The translations under genes were made by a program, and so were the position numbers. A stretch of DNA of 60,778 nucleotides, counting the filler, from Trichosphaerium sp. ATCC 40318 (taxonomy: Eukaryota > Protista > Tubulinea): assembly GCA_038496445.1 (NCBI GenBank). It is 3 parts of 3 records of this genome, joined end to end, with 100 filler letters (N's around TTAATTAATTAA, not from the genome) between each part and the next. Parts side by side here need not be neighbours in the genome. Positions count along the whole stretch, not along the records: positions 15,571 to 44,704 come from JALMLS010000222.1; positions 44,805 to 60,778 come from JALMLS010000433.1; 1 more part is not named here. One strand, written 5' to 3'. The notes beneath the pieces are model-generated. The model was not told the DNA's origin, did not search any database, and saw only the letters and a program-made list of their open reading frames with translations. This document shows, piece after piece, positions 33,490 to 45,737 of the stretch; position 1 is the first letter of the stretch; each line of letters opens with the position of its first letter.

Positions 33490-35950
33490 ATATTTTTTTT
33501 ACTACCATATTTAATCCTGATATTGAATCATAAATATAAATTAAAATTAGCAGATTCTACTTATATGTTATCAGCAGTTCCTTTTTCGCACGTAGCTTTA
33601 ACGCCAACCGGAACGTAAAACCGATAACGCTACCACAAGCGGTGCACCCTATTACCATAACGCCTCTCTCGTACTGCATTGGGCTCTAATTTTAATTTTT
33701 ATCACAGCAGATAGGGGCAAACTGTCTCACGACGTTCTAAACCAGCTCACGTACCTCTTTAAACGACGAACAGTCGTACCCTTGGGAGCCTACTCCCCCA
33801 GGATGAGATGAGCCGACATCGAGGTGCCAAACCGCTCGCAGATAAGAACTCTCAAAGGCAATAAGCTGTTATCCCTGGCGTACTTTTATCCGTTTGCGGA
33901 TGCCCTACCTGTAAGCGCATCCGGAAAACTATGACGACTTTAAATCCCTGTTAACCCTTTCAAGCTTACAGTCAGCTAAAATAAAAACCATATGCACTAC
34001 GGAACTTTAACGTCCTGAATTAGCCTTTGTACACTCCGTTACCTTTTAGGGAGCTTCGCCCCAGACAAACTATCCACCATGCATTTTTAATTTCTACTAA
34101 GATTAGATTTTTCCAACAAAAAATCAATATCCACTGACGGCTCCTTAAATGACCTAAACCATTAAATCATACCTCTTGATTATACTGTGTTTTTGCTTTC
34201 CTTAACCCATACAAGGTTTTAGTAAAGTGCACAGGGTCTTCCGTCCCGCTGCAATTTTTTCGCATCTTCACGAAAACTTCAATTCACTAAAATAACACTT
34301 GAGACAGTAGAAGAGTCGTTACGCTTCATGCAGGACTACAATTAATAGCTAGGAATTTCGCTACCTTAAGACGTCAAGGATTACGGCCGCGTTTACTGCT
34401 GCTTATATTCATTGCTTTTAAACAAATCCTTTTCACGATACAGCACGGGCAGGCATCGAACCTATACTTCATATACTATTTAGCAGGGTCCTGTGTTTTA
34501 GTAAACAGTCGCTCTTCTCTGTTCCGCTTCCCCCAAAATACTTCTTAAAAATAAATTATTTTCACTTTTAATTTATTTTAAAAAACAATATTTTAGGTAC
34601 CTATCTCCCGAAGTTACTGAGTTATTTTGCGAGTTCCTTAAGCATTATTCTTCTATTACTTATTGTTCTACAACTAATTACCTGTGTCGGTTATTGGTAC
34701 GTTTTTTTTTTTTATTTTTTTCTTGTAAGTTACAAAAAAATTGATATTTTACGATTACAATAACTATTTTTTGTAATTAAATTTCTATAAAATTGCTCTG
34801 AATATAACTAATATAACCTTAGTCGGAATCTTACAAACACATTCCCTTAAGGACCGCTAACCCTTATCTGTTTAACATAGATAAGGAAACCTTAATCTTT
34901 CGTAATAATGTTTTTACATATAAAGCTACTCATGCAACATTTATACTATTGATATTTTAACCAAACTCACGTACAGTTTTTTACATACAATACATCTGCT
35001 ACCAAATTAATTCTATAGCTTCGCAAATAATTTAGAGCCCCTTACATCATGACGCTTAAAAAACAATACGTGAGCTTTTACGCATCTTTAAAGAATGGCT
35101 GCTTCTAGCCCATCTCCGCTTTTATTACGTCTTTCCAGTTGATTATTATTTAAGGGCTTAGCTTATAGTCTGGGCTTTTTCCCTCTCGACTAGAATCTTC
35201 GCACCTAAGTCTTTCTATACTTTTTTATTTTTATAACATCTTGGTTTCACTATACCCGTAAATAACTTAGTTACTCCGGAATAATATTAGTGCCATACTC
35301 TACAAAATCAAAATACGCTTGCTTAAACAAGTTTCGCAGAAAACCAGCTATCACCAAGTTTGATTAGCTTTCACTCCTAACCAACACTCATCGAGCCTCT
35401 TGCAACAGACACCGGTTCAGCCAAAAACTTGGTGTTGTTAGATCACTTGGTTTCGGTCATATTTTTTAGACTTTACAGATTTACTCTTTGCTTTCACTAC
35501 GCCTCCCTTAAAGTTAAGCTTGCTCAAAAATATACTCATTGGCCCATTATACAAAAGTACGCTGTCATATCTTTTTTATACTCCAACCGTTAAAGTATTA
35601 AGTTCATTTCTTTTCAACTATCCCTACGATATCTTTTTCAACTTCCTTCACAGTACTTTTACACTATCGGTTATAAAAAAATTCTTACTTTAGCAGCAGG
35701 CACTGCCTATTCGATTTTCTCTACTTAAAAGAACTCAACGCATTTGTCACCATACTAACGTTTCTACACGATGTTTTTTTTATAGGTACTGAGATGTTTC
35801 ACTTCCCTATTTTTATTTTTCTATTTTAAAAATTTAAAAAGATACCTAAAAATCATAGCATTGTACTACTCAATTAAGTTTTCGCTTTATTAAAGCGTCT
35901 TTTTTTTGATACCTAGTAATCCCTTAATACTTAATATATAATAAAAGTAA
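33490..35950 (-). rRNA. rnl: Mitochondrial large-subunit rRNA (copy 1, ends approximate)
   Basis: Reverse complements of GGAAGTGAAACATCTCAGTACC, GGTAGCGAAATTCCT, GGGATAACAG and GCACCTCGATGTCGGCTC. Confidence 0.95.
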
Positions 35951-36081
35951 AAACTCTAATAGAAAACTTTTACTTTTTTTTACTCTTTAAATTAATTAAA
36001 AAATTTAAAGATTTAAATAAAAAAAAAAAATAAAATCCCCTATACTAACAGATTTTTTTATATAGAAAAAAAAAAAAAAAA

Positions 36082-36356
36082 ATGGAAATGACAAATAGAT
36101 TATTAGCAGCAAAAGTTTAGCAGCAGGAGTATGTACTGTCGGTGTGGAGGAGCAAGTATAGGTATAGGTAAAGTTTTTGGAGGTTTATTAATAGCAGTAT
36201 CTAGAAATCCTGAATTAGAAGCTAATTTATTAGAACAGCACTTTTAGGTTTTGCTTTATCTGAGGCGATGGGTTTATTAGTTTTATGATGTCTTTTTTAA
36301 TTATGTATACTAGTAAAAAAGACATCATTAAAAGGATAGTTTATTTTTTATATTAG
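36082..36356 (+). CDS. atp9: ATP synthase subunit c, single copy in the centre of the inverted repeat (frameshifted; local read quality doubtful)
   Basis: LLAAKVLAAGVCTVGVGGASIGIGKVFGGLLIAVSRNPELEANL.RTALLGFALSEAMGLL..MMSFLIMYT, with the RNP loop and catalytic Glu. Confidence 0.92.
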
Positions 36357-36529
36357 TAGAATATCGCATATATTCTTTGTAGTTTGTTTTTTTTTTTTTT
36401 TTTTTTCTATATAAAAAACATCTGTTAGTATAGGGGATTTTATTTTTTTTTTTTATTTAAATCTTTAAATTTTTTTATTAATTTAAAGAGTAAAAAAAAG
36501 TAAAAGTTTTCTATTAGAGTTTTTACTTT

Positions 36530-38990
36530 TATTATATATTAAGTATTAAGGGGATTACTAGGTATCAAGAAAAAAGACGCTTTAATAAAGCGAAAACTTT
36601 AATTGAGTAGTACAATGCTATGATTTTTAGGTATCTTTTTAAATTTTTAAAATAGAAAAATAAAAATAGGGAAGTGAAACATCTCAGTACCTATAAAAAA
36701 AACATCGTGTAGAAACGTTAGTAGTGGTGACAAATGCGTTGAGTTCTTTTAAGTAGAAAATCGAATAGGCAGTGCTGCTGCTAAAGTAAGAATTTTTTGA
36801 TAACCGATAGTGTAAAAGTACTGTGAAGGAAGTTGAAAAAGATATCGTAGGGATAGTTGAAAAGAAATGAACTTATACTTTAACGGTTGGAGTATAAAAA
36901 AGATATGACAGCGTACTTTTGTATAATGGGCCAATGAGTATATTTTTGAGCAAGCTTAACTTTAAGGGAGGCGTAGTGAAAGCAAAGAGTAAATCTGTAA
37001 AGTCTAAAAAATATGACCGAAACCAAGTGATCTAACAACACCAAGTTTTTGGCTGAACCGGTGTCTGTTGCAAGAGGCTCGATGAGTGTTGGTTAGGAGT
37101 GAAAGCTAATCAAACTTGGTGATAGCTGGTTTTCTGCGAAACTTGTTTAAGCAAGCGTATTTTGATTTTGTAGAGTATGGCACTAATATTATTCCGGAGT
37201 AACTAAGTTATTTACGGGTATAGTGAAACCAAGATGTTATAAAAATAAAAAAGTATAGAAAGACTTAGGTGCGAAGATTCTAGTCGAGAGGGAAAAAGCC
37301 CAGACTATAAGCTAAGCCCTTAAATAATAATCAACTGGAAAGACGTAATAAAAGCGGAGATGGGCTAGAAGCAGCCATTCTTTAAAGATGCGTAAAAGCT
37401 CACGTATTGTTTTTTAAGCGTCATGATGTAAGGGGCTCTAAATTATTTGCGAAGCTATAGAATTAATTTGGTAGCAGATGTATTGTATGTAAAAAACTGT
37501 ACGTGAGTTTGGTTAAAATATCAATAGTATAAATGTTGCATGAGTAGCTTTATATGTAAAAACATTATTACGAAAGATTAAGGTTTCCTTATCTATGTTA
37601 AACAGATAAGGGTTAGCGGTCCTTAAGGGAATGTGTTTGTAAGATTCCGACTAAGGTTATATTAGTTATATTCAGAGCAATTTTATAGAAATTTAATTAC
37701 AAAAAATAGTTATTGTAATCGTAAAATATCAATTTTTTTGTAACTTACAAGAAAAAAATAAAAAAAAAAAAAAACGTACCAATAACCGACACAGGTAATT
37801 AGTTGTAGAACAATAAGTAATAGAAGAATAATGCTTAAGGAACTCGCAAAATAACTCAGTAACTTCGGGAGATAGGTACCTAAAATATTGTTTTTTAAAA
37901 TAAATTAAAAGTGAAAATAATTTATTTTTAAGAAGTATTTTGGGGGAAGCGGAACAGAGAAGAGCGACTGTTTACTAAAACACAGGACCCTGCTAAATAG
38001 TATATGAAGTATAGGTTCGATGCCTGCCCGTGCTGTATCGTGAAAAGGATTTGTTTAAAAGCAATGAATATAAGCAGCAGTAAACGCGGCCGTAATCCTT
38101 GACGTCTTAAGGTAGCGAAATTCCTAGCTATTAATTGTAGTCCTGCATGAAGCGTAACGACTCTTCTACTGTCTCAAGTGTTATTTTAGTGAATTGAAGT
38201 TTTCGTGAAGATGCGAAAAAATTGCAGCGGGACGGAAGACCCTGTGCACTTTACTAAAACCTTGTATGGGTTAAGGAAAGCAAAAACACAGTATAATCAA
38301 GAGGTATGATTTAATGGTTTAGGTCATTTAAGGAGCCGTCAGTGGATATTGATTTTTTGTTGGAAAAATCTAATCTTAGTAGAAATTAAAAATGCATGGT
38401 GGATAGTTTGTCTGGGGCGAAGCTCCCTAAAAGGTAACGGAGTGTACAAAGGCTAATTCAGGACGTTAAAGTTCCGTAGTGCATATGGTTTTTATTTTAG
38501 CTGACTGTAAGCTTGAAAGGGTTAACAGGGATTTAAAGTCGTCATAGTTTTCCGGATGCGCTTACAGGTAGGGCATCCGCAAACGGATAAAAGTACGCCA
38601 GGGATAACAGCTTATTGCCTTTGAGAGTTCTTATCTGCGAGCGGTTTGGCACCTCGATGTCGGCTCATCTCATCCTGGGGGAGTAGGCTCCCAAGGGTAC
38701 GACTGTTCGTCGTTTAAAGAGGTACGTGAGCTGGTTTAGAACGTCGTGAGACAGTTTGCCCCTATCTGCTGTGATAAAAATTAAAATTAGAGCCCAATGC
38801 AGTACGAGAGAGGCGTTATGGTAATAGGGTGCACCGCTTGTGGTAGCGTTATCGGTTTTACGTTCCGGTTGGCGTTAAAGCTACGTGCGAAAAAGGAACT
38901 GCTGATAACATATAAGTAGAATCTGCTAATTTTAATTTATATTTATGATTCAATATCAGGATTAAATATGGTAGTAAAAAAAATATTGTA
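36530..38990 (+). rRNA. rnl: Mitochondrial large-subunit rRNA (copy 2, ends approximate)
   Basis: GGGAAGTGAAACATCTCAGTACC (36669), GATAGCTGGTT, AAGGTAGCGAAATTCCT, CAGGGATAACAG, TTTGGCACCTCGATGTCGGCTC, GAACGTCGTGAGACAGTT. Confidence 0.95.
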
Positions 38991-39138
38991 AAATAATGTT
39001 ATATATATTTTTTTTACAACTGTAAAAAAAATATATATAAGGTAGTTTTTTGACTAGATTCCATTAATTAAGTTTTTAATAAAAGTAGAGAAAAAAAAGA
39101 TTTTTAATAAATAAAAAGTATATTATAAATTAAAAATA

Positions 39139-40600
39139 ATGTATTTATTAAGTTTTTATCAATATTTATGTTACATTAAGAGTGGTCATGTTCAACAAAT
39201 CATAAAGATATAGGATGATGTATATATATGAGCAAGTTTTTTTGGAGGAGTATGGGAACTATATTATCATGATAATACGTATAGAATTAGGAATGCCTGT
39301 CCGTTAATTTTGGTTCAAGATAACAAGTTTATAATGTAATCGTAACAGCGCATGTCTATTAATGATTTTTTTTTTTCGTTATGCCTTTATTAATAGGGGT
39401 TTAGGTAATTTTATAGTTCATTAAGTTTAGGGGCCCCGGAGATGCATTCCCAAGAGTAAATAATTTAGGTTTCTGATTATTGCGCCTTCTTTATTATTAT
39501 TAATGTGATCTTTGTTATAGGAGATGGTGCAGAGCAGGATGAACTTTATATCCATTACTTTCTGTATTAAGGCTAGTCCTGGAATGTCATAGATGCTTGT
39601 ATTTTGAGTTGCATATAGCCGGAATTTCATCAATATCGGTGCAATAAATTTTATGGTAACTATAATGAATATGCGATTATGGATACTTATAGAATTGGTT
39701 GTTTGCAGTATCATTTATATAACAGCGGTATTATTATTATTGACATTACCTGTTTTAGAGGAGCTTTAGTTATGTTAATAACAGATCGTATTTTAATACA
39801 ACATTTTTTGATCCACAGGAGGTGGAGATCCTGTTTTATATCACATATTTTTTGATTTTTTGGACATCAGAAGTTTATATATTAATATTACCAGCTTTTG
39901 TATAACTAGTGTAGTAATTTCTGTTGAACTTATAAAGAGGTTTATGTCATGATTCTATGGTTTATGCATGGTATGTATAGCAGTTTTAGGATCTATTGTA
40001 TGAGTCATCATATGTTTACAGCGGGTTTAGATGATGATACGAGGTATATTTTATGACAGTAACTATGATAATAGCAATGCCTTCAGGGTTAAAGTTTTTG
40101 GTTGTTATCAACAATAATGTTTGTATAGTAGAATGAAGAGTTCCGCTATTTTATGCTGCAGATTTGTACTAATGTTTAGTTTTGGAGTGTAACTGGTATT
40201 ATTTTAGCAAACGTGTTTTAGATATAGCATTGCATGATACATATTATGTGTTGCTCATTTTCATTATGTTTTATCTTTAGTTCTGTGTTTGGAATTTTTG
40301 CGGGTTTTATCATTGAAGTTCTTTAATGTTTGGAAAAAAATATCCGATTTTATAGGAAGATTACAATTTTGGGAAATTTTATAGGAGTAAATATGACTTT
40401 TTTGCCAATGCATTTGTTAGGATGGCGGGTATGCCCAGAAGGATAGTGATTATCCAGATGCTTATGTTGCTTTAAATTTTTGATGTTCTGTTGGGCGTTA
40501 TTTACTATCTGTGTTTATTTTTATTTATTTTATGTTATATTTTATGTCTATAGGAGAGTTTTTATATTTTATATTGTATACTCTTATGAAGATGCCTATG
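39139..40600 (+). CDS. cox1: Cytochrome c oxidase subunit 1 (cryptogene, copy 2; 3' end approximate)
   Basis: ATG 39139 MYLLSFYQYLCYIK-AG[G]-TGG gives the conserved RW.STNHKDIG; same motifs as copy 1. Confidence 0.96.
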
Positions 40601-41344
40601 AGATTTAGTTGAAGATTACTTTTTAACAAAAGAGAGATCTTATTTTTAAAGATAATTATAATTTTGGTGAGGATAAAGTTAGAAGTTTAAATGGTGTATT
40701 AGTCTTTAACTGTTTTTATTTTTTCGTGTTAAATCCAAATACAGGAATTTTGAGTGTGCAAGTATACCTTTGAATTATGTAAGAAAAGGATTGATGGTGT
40801 ATCTACTCATTATTTGGTGCTAATATTAATTTAATGTTATATTTATCTAGAAAGTATAATAAGGTTTTTTTAAATGGTTTTGTAGTCATAGATAGTTGAA
40901 GTTAAAAAAATTTGTATAGTGAAAATAGATAGAAAATCTCTACGCTACTCTTCTTTGATTATTTAGTTTTTTTAAATTTTATTAGCGTCTTTTTCTTTCG
41001 TTTTTATGATCTTATAAAGTTTTTATTTTAAATTTTATTTAAAAGGTTTAGTTTTAGAGTGCGTGTTTTTAAACATATAAGAAATTACGTAGATAAATTT
41101 ATTTTTAGGTCATTTTTTATATCTTTTTAGTATGATTTAATTTATATAAAAGTTTATTATAGAAAATTATAATATGTTTTAGTATATATCTTATATACTA
41201 AATAATTTTGCGCATATTTTTTGCTTTATAAAAAGTTCATATATATAGGAAAATAGGATTGTGCATCCACAAATTTTAATGAACTAAAAATAGGAAAAGT
41301 ACGTGAAGAGAAGGAAAAAAGGATTACTTTATTATGATTAAGTT

Positions 41345-41731
41345 ATGAAAAATTTTATTTTAGTTGGTGTAATATTAAAAAGTAAGGAGCAATTTCAGTA
41401 AATTTATCTGCGTTAGGGGGCTTTGTAGACGAAGGGTAGTAGAATATGTTTTAACTTAGGTATATCGCCTTGCGAAAATTTGAGCAATTGGAATTTTAGG
41501 AAAGGGATGATTTTAAAGTATTATCTTTTTTCTAATTATTATTTAGGTGAAAGGTTATGTGAGAATTAAAAAATATATAAGAAGATATACAGATCTTATA
41601 GTAATAGAGGTTAAAGTTACTAAGTGGTTTACCTGTAAATGTCAACGAAGTAAGACTATGGTAAAACATCAAAATCTTTTAAATTGTGAAGACAAAAGAA
41701 TTTGGAACCAAAATTTCAGATGAAATTATAA
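41345..41731 (+). CDS. rps13: Ribosomal protein S13 (cryptogene, copy 2)
   Basis: GGT TTA CCT GTA AAT G[G]T CAA CGA AGT AAG ACT A[A]T GGT AAA = GLPVNGQRSKTNGK. Confidence 0.85.
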
Positions 41732-41909
41732 ATGGTAAAATAAAAAATAAAAGAATAACTAAAAGACGTTTAAGAAAAAAAAAAGAAAAAGAAAAAGAAG
41801 AAAAATAAATATATTTAAAGTATATATGCAGTGTATTTTGTGTAGTGTAATAGAGTAATTTATATAGGTATTGTTAAGTTTAAAATATAAAAAAAGAAGA
41901 AAAATTATC

Positions 41910-43316
41910 ATGTTTAATTTTGTAATATTAAAGAAATATGTAAAAAGTGAGCTCCTATCATTTTTGGTTCTTTGGTTTGTATTGAATTCAATACATTACA
42001 TGGCGGGGTGTTTTATAAGTGTTTTTAAATTTTATTTTTTATTTAGTAAAGAATTAGTATTTTATAATAATCCTTTTTTTAAAGAAGATTTGATAAATAA
42101 TTATGCTTTATTAGCGAAAGGGAGGGTTCATTTTTTTGAATGGTTAAGCTTCGAGGGGGGAGGCTTAACCTTAACGTTCTTTAATGAAGAAAAAAGCAGA
42201 GAAGAAATAGTGGATAAGTTAGACAATTTAGTACCTATAGATCCAACAGTGGTAGCAGATCTATATACGCAACTAGCTAGCCAAGGATATAGTTTAACTT
42301 GAAGCTATAGTGCGTTTGCTTCTATGATCTTATGATTAGTTATGTGTTCTATTTATTATCATTTTTTTATTAATTCTATGCTTAATTTAGAAGAAATAAA
42401 TAATTTTATTCTATTTATGCAAAATGATAAAGAGTTTATAAAAAAAAAAAATAGTAGATCATATAGGTGAAATTGAGCAAAGTCAAGATGCTGATTTTTT
42501 TAATTTTGTAACTTATACTTTAGAAAACGAAGGAATAATAATAGAAGAAAGTAATTTGTCAGTTATGTTTGAGAATTTAAGCTGAGTAGAATTTATAATT
42601 GAAAATTATGATATAAGTGAAAAAAATGTAAATTTAATAGTAGAATTAAAAAAAATAATGTTAGAAAAAAAAAAAGCAATGGAAATAGATAAAGAAAATT
42701 TAATTGAACAAACTACTAAATATTTTGAAAATCAGCTAGATATTTTTTTTAATTATTTAACAAATACTTGTGTTAAACATAACGTTGATTTAAGTATTGT
42801 GCAAGATTATCCTAAATGAAAAGAATTTATAAAAAAAAAAAGAAAGGTGAAGAATTAGCAGATTTAGAGAGTAGTTACAGTGAAAACATTCATGATGCTG
42901 TTTTAAATTTTTCTAAAAATTATGAAGAGAATTTACGTAACTATTACGAAAATTTATGAAGAGATATTAAAAAGGATGAACTTGTTTGATGAATGGATTG
43001 ATATACTATAATAGATAGTATAAATGAAATTTGAAAAGATAAAATTATAAGCATGCTTGAAAAAGAAAGAGAGTTCGTTTTTATAGAAACTTTATATTCT
43101 TTTTTAGATTTAATTGTTCTTGACAAATTAGTAACTTTTGCAAGCTTTGGGGAGACTTTTTTTATACTTCCTATTTTATGAATAAGTTTGTCTCCTGTAA
43201 ATTTTGATAAATTTGTTAATTGACATTATGTATTTTTTACTTGACTTTTTAAAAAACTTTGATTTTTTTTAAAAAGATTAATTGAATATCTTTTAGAAAA
43301 ATTTGGTTATTTCTAA
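41910..43316 (+). CDS. Unassigned 468-aa ORF (copy 2)
   Basis: Mirror of 29165-30571; two compensating poly-A length differences (about 42445 and 42835) are probably consensus errors. Confidence 0.75.
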
Positions 43317-43417
43317 AAGATATTCAATTAATCTTTTTAAAAAAAATCAAAGTTATCTCCCTTCTTTTCCCCCTGTTTAATTAAAATATAAAAAAAAGTA
43401 AAAAAAAACACCCCAAA

Positions 43418-44704
43418 ATGTGAGAATCAGAAATGGTAGGTATAAAGCGATTAATCGAGTAATTTTGGTACCGAGTGGCGAACAGCAATCCAAGGTTTAG
43501 ATGTATTAATTTAAATTTACCAAGATTATGTTATTTTGAAAAATTAGGAATATTGGGAACTGCAGATTATGTTTAATAGAGACAACTAGAACGTCTAATT
43601 AGAAATAGCATGTAGTGTACCTCTAGTATCAGGTTTAGTTATAAGAAAATATCTTTAAGATAGAGATTGCTAGAGAAAATGTAATGGAATATTTACTATG
43701 TAATCATCCGTTGGATTGTCCAATTTGTGATCAGGCGGGTGTTGTGATTTACAAGATATTTCTTTTATTTTTGGGATGATAGAGGAAGATACATGAAAAA
43801 AAAAAAAGTCAGTATTAGGTTTTTTTGTTGAGAATTAACAAGCACATATATGACAAGTGTATTCAGTGTGCTAGTGTGTTTTGTTTAGCTTAGAAGTATT
43901 TGGTAGTTTTGGTTTAGTTTTTTAGGTCGTGGCATGTTTTTAGAATTAGTACGTATAGAGAAAAAATAATTACGGAGAATTAACAACAAATTTTATAGCA
44001 GTATGTCCTGTAGAGCATTTACCTTGAAGCCTTTTGAGTTTGCGTCTAGAAAATGGGAGCAGTTGTTCAGGATACTTTAGATGTTAATGATGTGTTAGAG
44101 GAAATTTAACAATGATGTAATTTTTATATATATAGTTCGAACTAAAGCAAGTTAAATGAATTTTAATATAGAATGATTAACTAATAAAGCAAGATTTGCG
44201 TTTACAGTTTTTATTTTAAACGGTTATGGGGATGTAGATTTAGTTTTTTTGACAAGAAAATAGAGAAAAATAAGATCAACTCATATAAGCGTAAGTTGAT
44301 CTTATTTAATCTCATGATGGTTATGACTATACAAATCGTTAAATTTTACATTTTAGTATAAGAGTAGTTTTGATATTAAAGTGTAAATAGCATTAGAAAT
44401 TTTATGAATAATATAGGAGTGTAATAACAGATTGTATTGTGTAAATTATAACAAATATGGTATTTTATTTGTGAATTGATTTCGAAATTGCTTTGTTTGA
44501 TTGCTTTTTTATATGTTTTCTGATATTCGTTTAGAATTGCCTTTATTAGGTTACTGATTAAGAAAGTTTGATTTGAAAAACTAATGAAATATTTTACTGT
44601 TGGTTAGGTGTAAAGTCTATATACTTAGGTGTAATAATATAGGCTGTACTATAAAGAATTATTATATTTAGCTTTGGTGTAGGCGCTAATTGTAAAGAAA
44701 GGTT
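43418..44704 (+). CDS. nad11: NADH dehydrogenase subunit 11 (cryptogene, copy 2, truncated by contig end)
   Basis: [11 protein letters not shown] at 43702-43735; ATG ACA AG[G] TGT ATT CAG TGT GCT AG[G] TGT GTT at 43850. Confidence 0.92.
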
Positions 44705-44804
44705 NNNNNNNNNNNNNNNNNNNNNNNNNNNNNNNNNNNNNNNNNNNNTTAATTAATTAANNNNNNNNNNNNNNNNNNNNNNNNNNNNNNNNNNNNNNNN
44801 NNNN
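44705..44804. other. Artificial contig spacer
   Basis: N-run, TTAATTAATTAA, N-run. Confidence 0.98.
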
Positions 44805-45737
44805 TACTCTATTTACCATAAAATCAATTAACATTAGGCAGTCTGAAACCAAACATTGTTTTCGTTTGCAGGGTTAGCTGCCAAAACACTAAATGAGGAG
44901 CCAGTGAAAATAATCTGGTTCCCACCTACAAATGTTATGAATGGGCTGGAATGTTCGATAAGAGCCTTCTAGTGCTGACTCTGGAAGCCCATGTTTTGTT
45001 CTTTCGCAAATATACACACCTGTTGTGTTTGCACACTAACCATGTAGTGAGATCAGCTGATGCTATTGTTGTGTTGTTTCCAAGAGATACAAGGTTAATT
45101 ATCGAACGGGGTTGACTCGCTGTAAATAACGGCTCGCCAAACATTGTGAAAGATGCAAGGGTTGTATTGTCATTTATGTCAGCTTGATGTAGAACACAGA
45201 GTTAATTATAGTTCACAAACAAACACTATGACACGATAGATAAAGATGTTTAATTGTTTGTTCGTCTGACGGTCAAGTCGTTACAGTTAGCTTTCCCTTA
45301 TAATTCTGACACTTCACAAATTGCCTTCCTTAAGCTTGTATGGCCAGGTGGCTATGGCTATCCTGATCAAATGGACATGGAAGCTTTATAACAATGCTAC
45401 ACATTCGAAAGGTCTGTTGCCAATATCAGTTCATAGAAAAGTAATTAAAGATGAGCTCGATGACACATGGAAACAGATTCAACACATATTCAACAAAACT
45501 TACATTTATCGCTACAACCTTACAATTACCATTTGACTTGCCCGGTCAACTGGGAGTTGGTTTTCTCCCTAACATTCAGGTGGAAAGGATGGGAAGGGTT
45601 CAAATCCCTTTTAACATTTTGGGCGGAAGTTCGTAGCTTCACGTTTTTGGTGCTCTGTTGGCGATCGAAGGAACTATGTATCTTGTATGCAAATAATTGC
45701 TTGTAATCGTTGGCTTGGTGAGCTGTCCTTGTATAGC

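Larger units (their letters stand above)
27776..36082. repeat. Large inverted repeat, left arm (>=8.3 kb)
   Basis: Reverse complement of 36387-44704; ORF-track entries are mirrored (30179-30610 vs 41871-42302; 32765-33052 vs 39427-39714). Confidence 0.96.
15571..44704. other. Partial mitochondrial genome (genetic code 4, cryptogenes)
   Basis: Bacterial-type SSU/LSU rRNA, tRNA cluster, cox1, nad1, nad9, nad11, atp6, atp9 and ribosomal protein genes. Very AT-rich with strong strand skew. TGA at conserved Trp positions (cox1 FWLL, GWT, FWFFGH). Confidence 0.97.
36387..44704. repeat. Large inverted repeat, right arm (runs to contig end)
   Basis: Reverse complement of 27776-36082, differing mainly in long A/T-run lengths and a few small indels. 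Confidence 0.96.

Noticed and set aside
39168-39185. Apparent in-frame TAA in cox1 (ATG TTA CAT TAA GAG TGG) suggesting stop-codon reassignment
   Set aside because: One G doubling gives AAG AGG TGG (KRW) in frame with an upstream ATG at 39139, and TAA terminates the long ORFs normally.
40590-40782. Possible rps3 C-terminal motif (RFSWRL...NTGILSVQVYLWIM); also atp8-like 22860-22990 and rps19-like 23100-23330
   Set aside because: Similarity too weak to call by eye given unknown insertion sites.
15571-44704. Reading the contig as a decayed NUMT or pseudogene cluster
   Set aside because: Lesions are almost exclusively single-base deletions, conserved residues and RNA helices are restored by insertion, nonsense substitutions were not seen, and the orphan ORFs are intact.
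15571-44704. Long-read homopolymer error as the cause of all frameshifts
   Set aside because: Real errors are visible (poly-A length differences between arms, cox1 39214-39220 vs 33257-33263, the atp9 spacer) but they are sparse and differ between copies. The G/C deficits are shared by both copies and absent from kb-long ORFs. Not formally excluded without reads.
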